Positions 1 through 13,853 of a stretch of DNA of 64,000 bases are shown here, piece by piece. Each line of letters opens with the position of its first letter. Positions within the stretch are counted from its first letter, which is position 1. Source of the DNA: the human T2T-CHM13v2.0 reference genome, Homo sapiens. The position numbers and the translations under genes are program-made. The stretch lies in NCBI RefSeq assembly GCF_009914755.1, contig NC_060937.1. One strand, given 5' to 3'. Under the pieces are notes generated by a model. It searched no databases. It was not told where the DNA came from and saw only the letters and a list, made by a program, of their open reading frames with translations.

Positions 1-3000
1 GGAATGATGATAAATTGTAGGAATCTAGAGAAGATGGTGATTGATTTGGACTGATCTTAGGGTAAGGACCTAAGAAATGGGAATTGAGGTAGGCTTAAAA
101 ACAGGCAGAATTTGCATTGCAGACAAAAAGGGCGATAAGATAGATGGAGAAGCTGAGTTATCAATACAAAATCTAATTACTTAGAATTTTTAATGAATGG
201 TGCACCAAGCTGAATTTGACCTGCTGACTCAAGCCATTTATTCAGGAAATCAGGCCAACATTTTTTCTGAATACCAGGCTGATGGTTATTCCATTTTCAC
301 CAAGGGGACTAGTTTGAATACTGTCATATAAAATGGTCAGGAATGATATATATGCTTACAGCTGTGAGACTTATATGTTATGCATATATGTGTGTGTGAT
401 TGTGCGCGTGTGTAGTGAGGGGACAGAGAATTATACTGACACAGGTACTGGGGCTTGATATAGATTGTAGTTGTATACTGTTCCCATAGTTTCAAGTCAT
501 CTTCCTAAAAGTTGGCATGGAAAGAAATTGCCTTTGCAAATTAGATTCTGCAAGTCTCAAACATAAGTAGCTCACCAGCGTACACTGAACAGTCTGGAAA
601 TTGTCCAGACAGAGAAAGCCACTCTGTAATCTCACAGAGAGGCTGATAGAACAATAGAAACGACGTGTTACTGAGCATCACGGCCACAAGTCTCCCCTGC
701 AAGGACAGTTTCAAGCTGGGAAAGCTGAGACTTTGAGGTTTTTCTTGGAAAAAAAAATTAATAGATTTCTGCTCTATTAAGTGTTCCAAGCCTGGCGGAA
801 TGTCTTCAGGGGAACCTAGAGTTTTCAGAGAATGGCCTCCATATACCTGGCAAGGTGCTGCTGCCCAGAGAGGGTGACAGGGAAAGACTTCCCTGGCTCT
901 GATGTCTGCACAGCTTAGAAATGCACTCTTTCTTTTTATTTTCTTCTTCAGGAAACTCTTGCTGTCTTTCGATAAAAACATAATTTAAAACTGTAACAAA
1001 ACATGTGAATGTCTTTTCCTTTGGGCAACAGCTTTCCTTCCAAATTCAACTTTTGCTCTGCCTGAATTAGGAACACGTGGAGGAGATAAACATTGAGGTG
1101 CAGTTTGCTGAATTTCTGACTTTTGTGAGACCCTAGGTTAGATTTAAAGCCACCAGTGTGGGGTTCATAGTCTTGGAGGTTTGATTTAAATGCCCAGTTA
1201 TAGCTGGCTACAAACAGGATGTCAGGTCCCCCTGGGCATGGTGGCAGGTCAGTAAGGAGGGAAGGTGTAGCTGCATTTGGTGGCCATGAACTCACAACTG
1301 GGGATAGTTCTCACTGTTAGGCCCCAGCAAGGGAAGGGGGGATCTCCATCAGAGCTGGGAAGAGTTTTGAGGTTGGAAGGATTAAGACACACTCCAGTTT
1401 GTTGTGGGAAATTTAAACATATTTATTGCCAAGTCCAATCTTTGTTTCCCCCAGGAAGACCACCAAACATGTTACTTGTAGACTGACATTTGAGCTTTTT
1501 TGCTTCCAATTCAAGAGCCTTATTTTAGGATAAGCATTTCATTAAGTGTGGATATTTGTGCAACTGCAAACATACCTTTGATGCAAGCAGATTTCACAGC
1601 TAGAGTTGGCAGGAGAGCTGCATGATGGTGAAAACTGCTGCTCTGCCGCCTGCCAGGGTCAATTTAGAAGGGCTGACACGCAGGGCACCACGACACTTAG
1701 GCAGCTCTTCCTGTTCCAGTCTTTCCCGCCTTTCTTCCCTTTTTTCTTCATTCTATCTTTGTACCTACTTTTTTCCTTGTCATTTTCCTACATATTTCCT
1801 CAAAGAAATGCCACATCCCAGTGAGCTATGTGTCAATGAGATGGATGAGGTTGGAGATGAGCAGTGTGTGAAGAAATAGAGAATGACTGCCCTTTGCAGC
1901 ACTGCAGAACCATCCTGGGAGAGCTGGAGAGTACCAGGCAAGGAATCCTTGCCAAAGACCAATGTCAAAGATGGAGTCAGACCAGCACTGGCTGGTGCAT
2001 TTCACAACTCTCCCCTTCCTGGTCTCACGTGTGGTTAGCAGAAATGAAGTGGTGCGAAAATCACTATGGAATATTTAATAATCTAAATCATAAAAACAAA
2101 TGTCTAGGAAGCCCTATGGCTCCTGAGTAGCATACAGAACTAAGAGGAAGGGGAGTTCACCTGCTGGTGCATCCTTGCTCCTGGCTGCTTTTATACCACT
2201 AATCCTGGTGCCTTGTCCCCTCCCCTGCTGCCTTCATGAGGCACTAGGGTAATCTTCTGCTTCTGTCCACCTTTTGGGCTCCCGACTCTTTCCATAGATG
2301 CTACTGAATGTTCCTCCTGTTCCTTGTTGCTCAGGGTATCAGGCAGTGCTAAGCCATACCTCTTGTGAGGCAGGAATACCGTAATTGAGCCCTCTAGGTT
2401 TATTTGACTTTAAAATGATATTGCTTGCATGCAAGTCATGTCTGTATGTTTGTATATGCATCCCTTGTTGATGGTTTGGAGCTTACCCGGAACTTCTTGG
2501 CCATAAGTAGAAATAAATGCTTAATTTTGGGGTTGGGTTAGAACTCATTTTGTTAAACTTTAAATTAATCACTCTTCTTAATCTCACATATTTTCTCGAG
2601 AGGATGGACAAGTCTCATTTGGGTACGGATGGCCATTAACCTTGGTCTGGGGTCCATACAGAGCATAGGCTCTAGAATCCCTAGGCCACAAAGAAGGTTC
2701 GGACATAGAGTTCACAGCACACGACCTCAAATAATATATCTAAGTATTGTTCTCCTAAATTATTTATGTAGTATATAAAATTTGCCTTTCTCTTCAAAAT
2801 GCAAATATTATTGAGGCTATTTCCTCTCCTGTTGAGGAACTCAGTCTCTTCTCTATGTGGTAATATCTAGCCATTATTATGGGCTGTTTATTTCATTATT
2901 TACCAAGTAGGGGCTTAGCTTTAATTAAAAAAAAATCAGTGAATCTTCCTCTGTTCCTAAATTCCAATCAAGTACAAAAGCTTCCCTATTTATAAATTGC

Positions 3001-3079
3001 TTTAAATGATAGCTGAATTAACCAATACATTGTCAATATCCACTGCTTATTATCCATGAGAACAAAAATAAGATTTTAA

Positions 3080-6000
3080 AGTCCCACAGCAGGGACTGAT
3101 TAAAGAAATTAGAGTACATCTGTGGCATGAAATATTAGGCAGTCATTAAAAATCACAAAACAACTGATACCACAGAAAACACAAATGATCCTTAGAGTCT
3201 ATTATGAATAACTATATACTAACAAATCGGAACACCTAGAAGAAATGCATACATTCCTGGACACATATAATCTACCAAGATTGAACCATGGAGACATAGA
3301 AAATCTGAACATACCAGTAACAAGTAATGAGATTGAAGCAGTAATAAAAAGTCTCTTACAAAGAAAAGTTCAGAACCTGATGGTTTCACTGCTGAATTCT
3401 ACCACATATTAAAAAAGAAGAACAAATAGTAATCCAATTGAAACTATTAAAAAAACCACAGGCCAATATTCATGATAAACATAGATGCAAAAAATCCTCA
3501 ACAAAATACCAGCAAACCTAATTCAGCAACAAATTAAAAAGACCATTCACCATGACCAAGTGGGATTCATCCCAGAGATTCAAGGATGGTTTAACATATG
3601 CAAATAATAAAGTGGTACATCACATTAACAGAACCAAGAATGGAAACCATATGATGATTTCATAGATGGTGAAAAAGCATTTGGGAAAATTCAACATCTC
3701 TTCATGATAAAAACTCTCAACAGACCAGGTATAGAAGGAACATACATCAAAATAATAATGACCATATATGACAAACACAGTTAACATCATACAAGATAGG
3801 GAAAAACGGAATGTTTTTCCTCTAATATCTGGAAAAAGATGAGAATACCCATTTTACCACTTTTACTCAATACTGGAAGTCCTAGCCAGAGCAATTAGGT
3901 AAGTGAAAGAAAGAGCATCCAAATTGGATGGAAGAAGCCAAATTAGCCTTGTTCACAGATGACATGATCTTATATTTAGAAAACCCTAATGACTCGGCCA
4001 AAAAACTGGTAGAACTGATGAATTCAGTAAAGCTGCAGGATACAAAGTCAATGTACAGAAATCAGTAGTATTTATATATGCCAACAGCAAACAATCTGAA
4101 AAAGAAATCAAGAAAACTCATTTACAATAGCTAAAAAAATGTAAAATGCCTAGGAATAAGTTTAAGTGAAGAAGTAAAAGATCTCTAGACAATTATGAAA
4201 GACTGATGAAGAAATTGAAGATTACACAAAAAAATGGAAAGATATTCCATGCCTATGGATTGGAAGAAGTGATATTGTTAAAAAGGTCAATACTACCCGA
4301 AGCAATTTACAGATTCAATGCAATCGCTATCAAGATACCAGTGACATTCTTCATAGAAACAGAAAAATACTATGAAGCCACAGTAACCAAAACAGCATGC
4401 TACTAGCATAAAAACAAACACATAAGACTGTTAAGAGTAGAGAACCTAGAAATAAATCCATGCATTTATAGCCAACTGATTTTCAACAAAGGTGTCAAAA
4501 ACATAGATTGGGGAAAGGACAGTCTTTTCAATAAGTGGTGCTAGGAAAACAGTATGCAGAAGAATGAAACTAGACCCCTCTCTCTCACCATGTATGAAAA
4601 TCAAGTCAAAATGGATTAAATACGTAAATGTAAGACCAGAAAGTATGAAACTACTAGGAGAAAACATTGAGGAAATGCTCCAGGACACTGGTCTACGCAA
4701 AGATTTTTTGAGGAAAACCTCAAAAGCACAGGCAGCAGAAGCAAAAATAGACAAATGGAATTACATCAAGCTAAAAAGTATTTGCACAGAAAGGGAAACA
4801 ATCAACAAACTGAAGAGACAACCTACAGAATGGGAGAAAATATTTGCAAACTCTCCATCTGACAAGTGATTAAGAACCGTAATATAAGGAATTAAAACAT
4901 AAGGAACTCAATAGCAAAAAGACAAATAATCTGATTAAAAATAGGCAAAATATCTGAACAGACATTTCTTAAAAGAGGACATACAAATGGCCAACAGTTT
5001 TATGGAAAAAAAAAGATGAACATCACTAATTATCAGGGAAATGCAAATCAAAACCACAGTGAGATGTCATCTCACCTCAGTTAAAATGGCTTTTATCAAA
5101 AAGACAAAAAATAATGGATGGCAGTAAGGATTTGAAGAAAGGGGAACCCTAGCACGCTGTTAGTGGGAATGCAAATTACTACAGCTGTTGTAGAAAACAG
5201 TATGGAGTTTCTTCAGAAAAGTAAAAATAGAGCTACCATATGATCCAGCAATCCCATTACTGGGTATATATTCAAAAGAAAGAAAATCAATATACCAAAG
5301 AGATGTATTGATATATTGCAGTACTATTCACAATAGTCAAAATAAAGAATCAACCTAGTGTCCATCGTCAGATGAATGGATAAAGAAACTGTGATATATA
5401 TATATACACACAATGGAATACTATTTAGCCATACAGAGAATGGAATCCTGTCATTTGCAGCAACGTGAATGAAACTGGAGGTGATTACGTAAAGTGAAAT
5501 AACCCAGACATAGAAAGTTAGACACCACGTGTTCTCACTCGTATGCGGGAGCTAAAAAAGTGGATCTCATGGAGTTAGAGAGTAGACTGGTTGCCAGAGT
5601 CCAGGCAGGGTTAGGGTTGGGGATGAAGAGAGGTTGATTATTGGGTGCAGGAATACACTTAGATAGGATAGAGTGTGATAGTTCAGTAGGTTGACAAGAG
5701 TTAACAGTAATCTATTGTATATTTCAACATAGCTAAAAGAGAAGAATTTGAGTGTTCATAGAATAAAGAAAAGTGTTTAAGGCAGATGATATCCAATTGT
5801 CCTGATTTGATCATTATACATTATATGAATATATGAAAATATCACAGGTACCTGAAAATACGTACATCTATTATGCACTGATAAAATACATTTTAAAAAC
5901 CTATTTAATAACATGGGCAAATGCTCATTATTGATAAAGAAAAATGTAGGTTGTAAAATTGTCCATATGATATGCTATAAATTTGATAAAAATGTATATA

Positions 6001-6140
6001 CATGCACATAAACAAAGATAATGGAAATACAAAGAAGTGGAAACTGATTTGTGAGTGGTGAGATGGCAAATGGTTATCTTTTTATTTTTTCTGCATTTCT
6101 ACATTTTCCACAAAAAGAAAATGGTACTTAGGGATAACAG
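3080..6140 (+). mobile_element. Ancient L1ME-type 3' end, split by the L1MA insertion (3080-3154 and 5891-6140)
   Basis: gaaatattaggcagtcattaaaaatca on the left resumes as ...tatttaataacatgggcaaatgctcat...aaaaatgtaggttgtaaaa on the right. Confidence 0.55.
3155..5890 (+). mobile_element. 5'-truncated, internally deleted old L1 (L1MA-type): ORF2 remnant plus 3' UTR
   Basis: Degenerate ORF2 peptides (MKLDPSLSPCMKIKSKWIK..., IKLKSICT...QPTEWEKIFAN) and an L1MA-like 3' end (tgatttgatcattatacattatatg...). Many stops and frameshifts. Confidence 0.9.
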
Positions 6141-7930
6141 TATTTATGCATATTTATATGTATGTATATTGGCTCTATAAAAGTTACCAATCTCCATTCA
6201 AAACAATTGCTTTTGCATTTATCTCTGGTAGGATTATCATGAACCTTTCTGGGGGAGGACATTCTGTCTCCAAAATGGGTAACTTTTGTTCAGATCTTGG
6301 TTTTATCTATACAGGTATCCATGTCCATGTCAGACCATTTCACACAGCACTGAAATTTGTTTCCTTTGCCTGATTTTCTCTAACCTGGCCTGGAGGAAGA
6401 AGGTATTTTCACTTCTCTAAACTCAATCTGTCAGCTTTATTAAACTTGCTAATCCTGTTACATGCTCCAAATTCACTAATGACCAAGCAGGTACCACCAA
6501 CTCTGGCCCTGATAAAAAGGACAAACTTCTAGCCCCAGCCTCCAGCAGTGGAAACATAGTCAGCTGGCATTGAGGTGTCTGGGAAGGAAACTTCTCTGAG
6601 CCTTGACTGGATACAAGAACATTCACCGTGAGCCAGCTTCTGTCTGTTTTTGACAGCAGTTCCCTCTCTAATCCTTCCTTGGAGCTCTGTACATGCTGGG
6701 ATGGGGGTGTCCTAACAAGGTACCTTTGCAATCATTGACCTTTTCAAGGGTGCTGGGTTGGGACATGTGTGGATTTTTTCAGTTGGAACTATGGGTTTCA
6801 CAGTGAATTGCAGCACATACAGTTAATTCACAGCAGAAAATGTGGTGAAACAGCTGGAAGAAGGCAGCTGCATAGGGGCAGGGGTTGTAGAGGGAGAGCA
6901 GGGTTAGAGGTGGGGAAGGAAACATTGGCAGGAGAAAAGCAATAATGTTACAGGGCTATAACTGGGGGAGAAGAGCAAGTTCTGGGTATGAGCATTTAAT
7001 ATGTGGACAGGGTAATATATTCAATAGGGTAAAGGAAATATTAGTCCACGAAAAATCCAACTTCTTGACTTCAGGCATCTGCAGAGCAAAGGTGACCTCA
7101 GACATCTACAGATATGGGCCCATCCCTCTCTAAAGGGAAGACAAAGTGGCTCCTGATTTTCCAGTTGAGCTTTTCTGGAGGCCGTAAAGTTCTCTGTACC
7201 ACTCATTGTGCCCCACTCCTACTAGACTCTCCTCCCAAGCCTACCATGGAGCCAGTCCTTCCAAAAAAGGTCTCGTCTCCAGAGGATTGCTGGAAAAATA
7301 CAAATAAAATTACTTCAAGCTCATCATTCCCACTGTGATACTGACCTACAGGCAGAGAATGAGGCCTGATGGAATGAAACAGGACTAGCAGGTTTTGGTA
7401 AGTGAAAGGCATGAGGACATGGAGTCAGCTCCATGTGGGGGCAGAAATCCCATCTTTATTACTCATCACTGGGTCTCCAAAACCTTGCCCAGTGCCCAGT
7501 GTGTCCAAGGCTGGGTAACAGTAATGTCTAACACATGCTGATCACATCAGCACTGCAAAGCAAGGCTCACAGTACCCTATGAGGTAGGTATGGTTATTAC
7601 CTTAATTTTGGAGGTGAACAAAATGGAAGTGCAGGGGTTCAGTGTATGGCTTAGGGTCACTCAGATTGAAACTGGGCTGCTTCATGTCCAGATCTGTTCT
7701 TAACCTCTACACTCTGCTGCCTCCCTCAATGAATGTTTGTGGGTGTACCAAGTAGAAAGTGATGTCAGGCTGTGTGGGGACACAAATGAGGTCTCTGTAC
7801 AGGTCAAGGGCAGCAAGGAGGAAGGCTGGAAGGAGAAACATATGGAGCAGGATGCAAGAGCTGCAACACCTTTGGTCCCAAGCTAGTGCTTGCTGGGCTT
7901 AGTCCTGGTGGGTCTGGGCTCATTTTCCTT

Positions 7931-8227
7931 CTTTTTTTCTTTGAGACAGAGTCTTGCTGTAGCCCAGGCTGGAGTGCAGTGGTGCGATCTCGGCTTACTG
8001 CTACCTCTGCCTCGTGAGTCCCAGTTCAAGCAATTCTCCTACCTCAGCCTCCCGAGTAGCTGGGATTTACAGGCATGTGCCACTATGCCCAGCTAATTTT
8101 TGTATTTTTAGTAGAGACAGGGTTTCACCATCTTGGCCAGGCTAGTCTTAAACTCCTGACCTCGTGATCCACCCACCTCGGCCTCCCAAAGTGCTGGGAT
8201 TACAGGTGTGAGCCACCGTGCCCGGCC
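7931..8227 (-). mobile_element. Alu (AluS-type), full length
   Basis: Reverse-strand Alu consensus from the poly-T/gagacagagtct end to gagccaccgtgcccggcc, with approximate TSD attttcctt. Confidence 0.95.
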
Positions 8228-9894
8228 TTATTTTCCTTTTGATAGAGCTGTGGGTTGGGGTGAGGAAGGTGTGAAACCTTATATTTGTCCCTTTCTGCTT
8301 TGTCTGCTCCTCTCCCAGTTCAAGATCGGGGCCCCTAAGACCAAGCAGCAAGTTCTGGGAAGAAAGAATCCAGCCTGAGTTGTTTTTTACCTTTAGAAGA
8401 TACGGTCCCATTCTTTCGTACAGGTTGTCTTTTTCTTTTTTGCCTTGTTTGGTACATCAGTATGTATTCTCTCTCACGCCTCCCTGCCTAAAGGGTGGAA
8501 GCTACATTCAGAAACTGAGCAGAGGACTCAGCACATGCAGAGGTTCCCTCACATACATCATTAAAATACATGGTTAATGATAGCCTTCTGCTGTGCTGTA
8601 CTAAACTTGAAGAATGTTCTTTGCACATATCTCTTCCATACGCTCCTAACGTCTTTACTCTGACAGACTTAAAGACAGCTCTGAGGATTTACTTTCTTAA
8701 GGAGGTGACGTGAAAAACTGAAAAGTCTTTTTTCTTTTGTGTTTTTGTTTCACTGGTGAATGGGAAGGTGTTCTGTTTGACAGTGGCAACCTTCAGCATC
8801 ACCAATTAAACCTCTTTACAAATTGCAAATGATTTCTTTAACCCCAGTGTGGGAGTGTGAATTGAGCAAATAGAGGAATGTGAGGTAGCAACTTTACTAT
8901 AACAGAAACAAGGACAGGAGGAGAGAAAATTCATGGAAAGCTTTTAGATCAAATTGTTTTAAACATTGCTGGCTGAAGCTGTCACTGCATTTCATTCCTC
9001 CTACCTGATCCTACAGTTCTCCCTCCTCATCCTTCCCCTCCACCAGACACACACATGCAAGGATCATAGGTGGCGATCCTGCTGGGAAGAAGGTCATCAA
9101 AAAAGATGCAAGATAAGAACATGATATATATACATATATATTTACAATTTAAGATGTTGATATCTGTTATACATAATTACCAGGGACCAGGTTATTCAGC
9201 AGTCCTAGGAACGTGGAGATAGCTCAGAGACAGAGATGAAAAGAAAATTTATAGGTTTGCTTTCCAGGAAAGAAAATTGGGTCTGAAACAACTGAAATCC
9301 TTAAAGAAACTGGAATAAAGGTTAGTTTTAAATTTGGTTACACTTAAATGGTTGACTTGCCTATCTGTCGTTAATATATCCAGTTCCAACTACAAAGAGA
9401 AAACAACCAGCAGGCATGAGCGTGAACTGCACAAGTCCTCTTGGAGAACAAGGCCTTTGCAGTTGACGTCAGTTTCTGGCCCTAACAGTTTTAAATCTGC
9501 TTTCAGAAAACTTCTCCTGGGCATGCATTCGCAGAAGATCTTGTGATAAGGGGCAAGGGTTGGGCTTTTTAAGGGTGTGTCTGTTTTGAGACCTCAAGCA
9601 TGCTGGACAATGTGTTGGTCAGATCCTGGTGGTACACAGTAGAACGTAAAAACAACAGAAAAGTAATACTAACAGACCATGAGCTAGATGAGTCTTGAGA
9701 CTAAGACAAATGAGGAAATACAAGACTCTACGTATCCTTTAGTGGATTCCTTCAGGACGACTAATAGATACTATAAGGGTGCAGCAGCTGCACCAACATT
9801 CTGAATGCCAGGCAATTCCAGAAGTTTGAAGCTCCCTGTCAGACTCCACCACACAGCTATTAATATACAGAATCCCCCAGAAACAAATATGAGA

Positions 9895-10760
9895 TGCAAC
9901 CAAGATTTATGGATATGTTAATTACAGATTTATAATAGCAAAAACAGGAAGTTAAATGCCTGACACACAGGCGTGTGGTTCAATTATTTCACATCTACAT
10001 TATACAGCCGTTAAAAATCATGTCTTTGACTTGGAACCAACCCAAATGTCCAACAACGATAGACTGGATTAAGAAAATGTGGCACATATACACCATGGAA
10101 TACTATGCAGCCATAAAAAATGATGATTTCATGTCCTTTGTAGGGACATGGATGAAATTGGAAATCATCATTCTCAGTAAACTATCACAAGAACAAAAAA
10201 CCAAACACCGCATATTCTCACTCATAGATGGGAATTGAACAATGAGATCACATGGACACAGGAAGGGGAATATCACACTCTGGGGACTGTTGTGGGGTGG
10301 GGGGAGGGGGGAGGGATAGCATTGGGAGATATACCTAATGCTAGATGACGAGTTAGTGGGTGCAGCGCACCAGCATGGCACATGTATACATATGTAACTA
10401 ACCTGCACAATGTGCACATGTACCCTAAAACTTAAAGTATAATAAAAAAAAAATCATGTCTTTGAGGAACATTTGGTGACAAGAAAAATATTTATAATAA
10501 TATAATGAAAAATCAAAAAGGTACAAAACTGAAGACAAGATGATAGTATTTATTTATTCATTTATTTATGGGCTTTTCCCTCTGGTCATATACATGACTG
10601 GAAAAAACTAAAATAAAGCGTTAATGGTGGTTATCTCTGAGTAATGAGATACCAAGATTTTTTTTCCTTACCCCTATATTCTTTTCTTTCTATAATTTGC
10701 AAGCTTCAAACATACTTTTGCTTTTTACTTTTATAATAAAACATAGTGGTTTTAAAAACA
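9895..10760 (+). mobile_element. Ancient L1ME-type 3' end hosting the L1PA2-like insert
   Basis: tttataatagcaaaaacaggaa...tacagccgttaaaaatcatgtctttgaggaacatttg...aaaaaggtacaaaac...gttaatggtggttatctctg. Confidence 0.55.
10030..10448 (+). mobile_element. Young 5'-truncated L1 3' end (L1PA2-like) with a 17-bp TSD
   Basis: Close to the recalled young-L1 3' end. Carries GAG (gatgacgagttagt) and ttaaagtat rather than the L1HS ACA/ACG and G diagnostics. TSD AAAAATCATGTCTTTGA at 10013-10029 and 10449-10465, with a TT|AAAA target. Confidence 0.93.
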
Positions 10761-10981
10761 CAATTGTCAGCTCTCACAAGAACACCCAGCTAAGTTGGCA
10801 CCAGTCCACTGTATAATTGTTATTAATAAATGATAATGCATGAAATTCCTGCCCCCAGATATAAATAATTATAATGAAAAATAATTTATTTGTCTCAGAC
10901 AATAGCCTTTGGTCCAGAGGCTTTAAACCTTGTGTTCTGCCTTAAAATTCATCCTGCCAAAAGTCCTGTCTGCTATATTAA

Positions 10982-11230
<249 letters not shown>

Positions 11231-12629
11231 TATATTAAATACTATTGATGCATGAAGAGAGAATTAATACTTGTTGAGTATGTACTCTAGGCTTGGTGTT
11301 AATGTACATGGTTTCATTTAACACACAAATGAGGAAGGTGAAGTTCAGAAATAATTTGTCTCAGTCACATGGCTACTCAGTGATCAAAATGGATTCAAAC
11401 CCTCTCAGTCGGGTCTGAAGGCCTCGTCTCTTTTGACCACCACAAGGCTGGTGGCAACTTCAGATGAGACGTAGACTTCATTTCAGACATTTAAGAATAG
11501 ATTTGCAAAATATGTTGCCAGTGCTCCTAATGTGAGGGCAAAATAATTGATGATTAATTCTTTTCTTTCACATACCCTAGTGGAGGTACTGGGGAAACTT
11601 CCAGAAGGAGACAAAGTTCAGACAGAAAAGAGGGTGAGTAAGTAATCCACCACCTGGGAAACCCCTGATAAAACAGGCAGTGATTGTAAAGATTAGCCCA
11701 GCCCTCTGCCTAGGGAGGGAGGTGGCCACCCGCAGTGACTGGCAAGGACTGTCAGGTTCTGTTACTTCACAAATATCTCCCCCACCCCCTAGGTCAAGGT
11801 GCTGCTCTTCCTTCCTACTGAGCCAGAACCCCATCTCTCAACAGTCATTGCTTTGAGTTGATAACAAAGCCTACGTCATAGACTCTAGACAGGTATCTTA
11901 AAAAAGCTGAAAACTTTCCTGTAGAAGGGACAAAGACCTCGAAGATTATCTCACTTTACTTTTTCCATTGAATAATAAGTGACTTTTAAAATTTTTCAAA
12001 AAGGGCCTATGGGCTAGATACTGTGTTAGGCCTGTCTATACATGTATCATCTAATTCAATCAGCAGATCAATTTATAATCAAAACATCTTAGCTAGAACC
12101 TCACAATTACAAGTACTTCCACATACATTCTCTCATTTGCTTCTCACAATAAGCCTTAAGGAAGGCAAGGTAGGAGTTATCCCCATTTTACAAACCAGGA
12201 AACTGAGGCCTACTGCCACTTTGTCTGGCTTATTGGAACAGACAGCAGCTTCCCTGGAAGCCACAGAGGGACTGGCTGTGTGTGGAGTGGATATGAAGGT
12301 TTTGGTTGAGAATGTGGCAGCCTTGTGTCCCTGGAAGACAGGGTGCTGAAGAAGGGTTTTAGGGTAAGGATGAGGGTCATGAATATGAGAGTGGAAAGAT
12401 AAACTATGTCTCACAACATTGCCTATGGGGAGCTCTGTATGAATGGCTTCCTCCTTTGGCTTTCTACTTTCTCAATCCTATTCACTCCCCAAAACCAAAC
12501 CCAAGTCCCACAGATCCAGGAAACCTTTCTTGATTATCTAGCACAAAGAAACCATACGTGTAACACCTTAAGGTTTTCCCAGGCCTTAGCTCATTACAAT
12601 ATTATGACATGCTTTTGAGATAGGCTTTG

Positions 12630-12730
12630 CCATTCTTTTTACAAGTGAGAAAAAGGAAGCTCAGAGAGGTTAAGTAACTTGTCAGGCTGATACATTTAAT
12701 AAGCAGCAAAGTCTGGATTTCAAACTACAT
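12630..12730. mobile_element. MIR fragment. Other MIR-like cores at ~7560-7720, 11270-11440, 12130-12210, 28170-28270, 35480-35660, 47850-48070, 52690-52810, 57340-57450 and 59690-59810
   Basis: MIR core motifs such as ttttacaagtgagaaaaaggaagctcagagaggttaagtaacttg. Confidence 0.65.
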
Positions 12731-13853
12731 CACATCATAGCTGCCTCAACTTCCTGTACACTTATCATGTCCTGTATCTTGTCATGTGTTTCTTAATTCC
12801 TTAACTCAGTTGTAAGTTCCCCGAGGGCAGACAACTAGTCTTATATTTCTTTGTAACACCCATTTCTGTTCCCCTAGAACTTAGCAGAGTCCTATGAGCA
12901 CACAAGTCCTCAATAAACATCATATGTTAAATATCTGCTGGGTAGGAACAATAATGATTAAGTGGGATTTTTTTGATACTCTGAATATTAGGCTCTCTGT
13001 TGTATATAATTAAAACAAGAGTGAACAAGAAATATATAATTTCTCCTAGCTCTAGTGTAATCAGGCATTCATTATCATGTCTAATTCTGTGTTCAGTGAA
13101 AAGAACTGCTTAGTAAGCATTTTCTTTGATGAGGATAATCAAATACAGATATCAGAGAGATTTAAAAAAGACAAAATCATCAAACATATGGAGAGGCAAT
13201 GATCTACAGGGTATAATATTCCATCTGAGACTAAAGAACTTTCAAGGCAAAAAGAACACTTGTTTACTTTTTGACAATTGGATATTCAAGGAACACTAAG
13301 AGAGGAAGTCACGGTGTAACTGGGATCTTGTACCATCACACATTATTCTTTATCAAGAAGATGGATGCACTGTGCTACTGTTCTGGGTGAGGAACAGAGA
13401 AGGAGTACATTTCAAGGGCTATTCTGAGAGAAGGGGTTTTCTCTGAGACCTTTTCAGCATGTCAGTCATTTAGGTACCACCTTCGCTGGCAGGCAAACTT
13501 AATGAATATACATGCAATGCGCAACTGATTACCCTGTCGGGTCTCTTGCTATTTCCCTCCCAGTATATCATCAGTTATAGTTTTGGAAATACAAAGAGCT
13601 CAAACAGACTCACTGAAATTAGAATTTTTGATGGTGGGGATTAGCTCACATACTTCTAAATTGACATTTGATAAACTAGGCTGACAATAGCAGTGCCTGT
13701 CAATCACATTTTCTTGCCAAACCCATATATTAATCTTAAGCTGCTGACAGGCAGAGCTTCTGATTTCCTTTATGTGGTAGATAAAGTGCTACATCCCCAT
13801 GTGTTCAACCAACATCAAGCAAGAAGAACAAATACCAGGTTTGTGGTACCTAC

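Noticed and set aside
4206-4869. L1 ORF2-like ORFs (also 9975-10238 and 37301-37830) as functional proteins
   Set aside because: They are fragmented, frameshifted remnants of 5'-truncated elements.
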